From positions 62,001-126,000 of the forward strand of contig NW_020844815.1 of NCBI RefSeq assembly GCF_003704095.1: a DNA stretch of 64,000 nucleotides, read 5' to 3'. Source of the stretch: Pocillopora damicornis (taxonomy: Eukaryota). Shown piece after piece: positions 62,163 to 64,000 of this stretch; position 1 is the first letter of the stretch; every line of letters begins with the position of its first letter. The position numbers and the translations under genes are program-made. The notes below the pieces were generated by a model, which made no database searches, was not told the DNA's origin, and saw only the letters and a program-made list of their open reading frames with translations.

Positions 62163-63707
62163 ATGGGGGGCCAGCATTCTCAATTCACGGAAGAAGAACT
62201 GAAAGATTATCAGGTAAAAGTTCTATCTCCGAGCGAACTATTTACTCCATCCGTTTTTTAATCTTTTCACTGATATTACTTGGGTTTCTGGTGGGAAAAA
62301 AACATAAACATTCTCTCATTTGGATGTGTCTTCATGCTGCAGGAACTGACGTACTTTACTCAAAAGGAAATCTTACAGTAAGTTTCTGCTTAGCTTTACA
62401 CGATTTACGAGAAATTAATTCGTCGATATGGTATTTTTTTTTATAAATTCGAGGGTTAGAATGTTTTATGCTGACCTTTTTTATTTGCTATGTTTAAAAT
62501 GTCAATTTTACTGGTTAGAGTAGTAGTTATTAACATATTATACATGTTAGGTTGTCTAAGAGAGACATACATGTAAGATTGCATTTTAAATCATATAATC
62601 ATTTCATTAATACCTTATTTTACTCCTATAGTTGTCATAAAAGATTTTCGCAACTTGATCCAGACGCTGTGAGACTTAACAAAAATGCAAAACTTCCATC
62701 AAGAAAGATCATGACCTTACCAGAGCTAAGGGTATGTAATCTACTGCTGTTATTTTTCCATTTTAAACTAGTCAGAGTAACTTCAAGAGCAGCATAGAGC
62801 CAGGGTTTAATGCTTACCTGTGTTTTATAATGTCACTAGTAGGATTTTTACCAGTTGTATCTGATTCTTACTCTTTTCAAGATAAAATTTGAACAATGAT
62901 GTCTGGTTATTTTATTATCCAGGTGAATCCCTTTAAAGACAGAATTTGTAAAGTATTTTCCTCATCCAAGGATGGAGAACTGACATTTGAAGATTTCCTG
63001 GATATGATGTCTGTTTTCAGTGAAAATGTGAGTTTACAAGCTTTCCTAAAATGGTGAATATTTTAGGATTAAAGACTGACCTGAGTGTGTCGAAAGAAGA
63101 AATTCTGAATGCATTGACTTTAGACTAAACAAAACCTCTTTTTGGGTTTAAATTTTCAGGTATCAGTATGTCCCTAATAAACTTGGTTTTATAAAGCTTT
63201 GTAGACTGAAATTTGAAAAGTTTGATTTGGATTTAACATAATCAACAAATACACATTGAATCTTATCACCTCTCTCTACAAGGCTGTGTGTGATTAAAAA
63301 AATATGTTTCTTAAATTTCTTGTTTACTTTGGCCGATTTTTAAACTTTCAAGGAGAGAAAACATTATTTTAAAGAGATGGAACACAGAAAAATTGCACAG
63401 ATCCTGAGTCCTGTAATATCAGGCCACCTTTTTTTTGGCTATCTCAAGTATTTTACTTAGAGTGACTGTTGTTGGAGTTCAGAGAACCTTAATCAGTATA
63501 GCAATTAGATTTGTTCTGTTTTCTACTCCAAAACTGTTTTTTATCCCAAAAATCTGTCTCAGACATAGAGGAAAGGTACTCAGGGAGGGGGAGATTGCTG
63601 TTAGTTGTGTTTGTTGTTATACCCCTCCTGTGTGATTCTAACCCGTTCTTTTCCTTTACCTTAGGCTCCTAAGAGTGTAAAAGTGGAGTATGCTTTTAGG
63701 ATTTATG
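62163..63707 (+). CDS. CIB1: Calcium- and integrin-binding protein (CIB1-like EF-hand protein); 5' part only, continues past the window end
   Basis: Exons 62163-62213, 62343-62377, 62632-62731, 62923-63027 and 63665-63707 give [34 protein letters not shown]...[57 protein letters not shown]-myristoylation pattern (G2, S6). Confidence 0.9.
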
Positions 63708-64000
63708 GTAGGTTTGACACTGAGTAATTGCAATTTCTATGAAAAGGTATTATTCTATTTCTTTAATCCTCTTTTCATTTGCTTTTTGTGTCATTTTACA
63801 TAACTAAGAATTCAGAAGATTTTCAAACTTGCATACACTGTAAGTAATGTAGACTCCTGTTCCAATTGATGACAAAAGTAAATGATTTAAAAATTTTGTG
63901 ACATTTGATATCCTCATGTTATTGTTGTTGAAGGGGGGGGGGTGAAATTCTGCTTGTTTAATAGTAAAATCAAGTGTAGGGTATCTTTAATCTGAAGGTC

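Overview
AT-rich, intron-containing animal genomic DNA. The repeat families and gene content suggest a scleractinian coral or another anthozoan; this is inference. I rebuilt six spliced genes by hand from GT/GC-AG boundaries and reading-frame phase. They are CC2D1A/B (Lgd)-like (minus), head-to-head with a Q-rich GPS2 (plus); an approx. 844-aa largely disordered protein with a RAD51AP2-type RAD51-binding motif at its extreme C-terminus that the ORF track misses (plus); a 26/29-kDa/CfaD-type papain-family cysteine protease (minus); and CCDC178 (minus), head-to-head with a 5'-partial CIB1-like gene (plus). A 6.9-kb intron of the protease contains two antisense intronless rhodopsin-class GPCR genes. 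Introns are dense with non-autonomous elements: about 11 TTAA-flanked MITEs, Tc1/mariner-like MITEs, tRNA-derived SINEs and foldback elements. One foldback family has a consensus core that looks like a minimal hammerhead ribozyme. There are two assembly gaps. The most notable result is the candidate non-vertebrate RAD51AP2-like gene, which has an E2F-type promoter. All homology calls come from recalled motifs, not from database searches.
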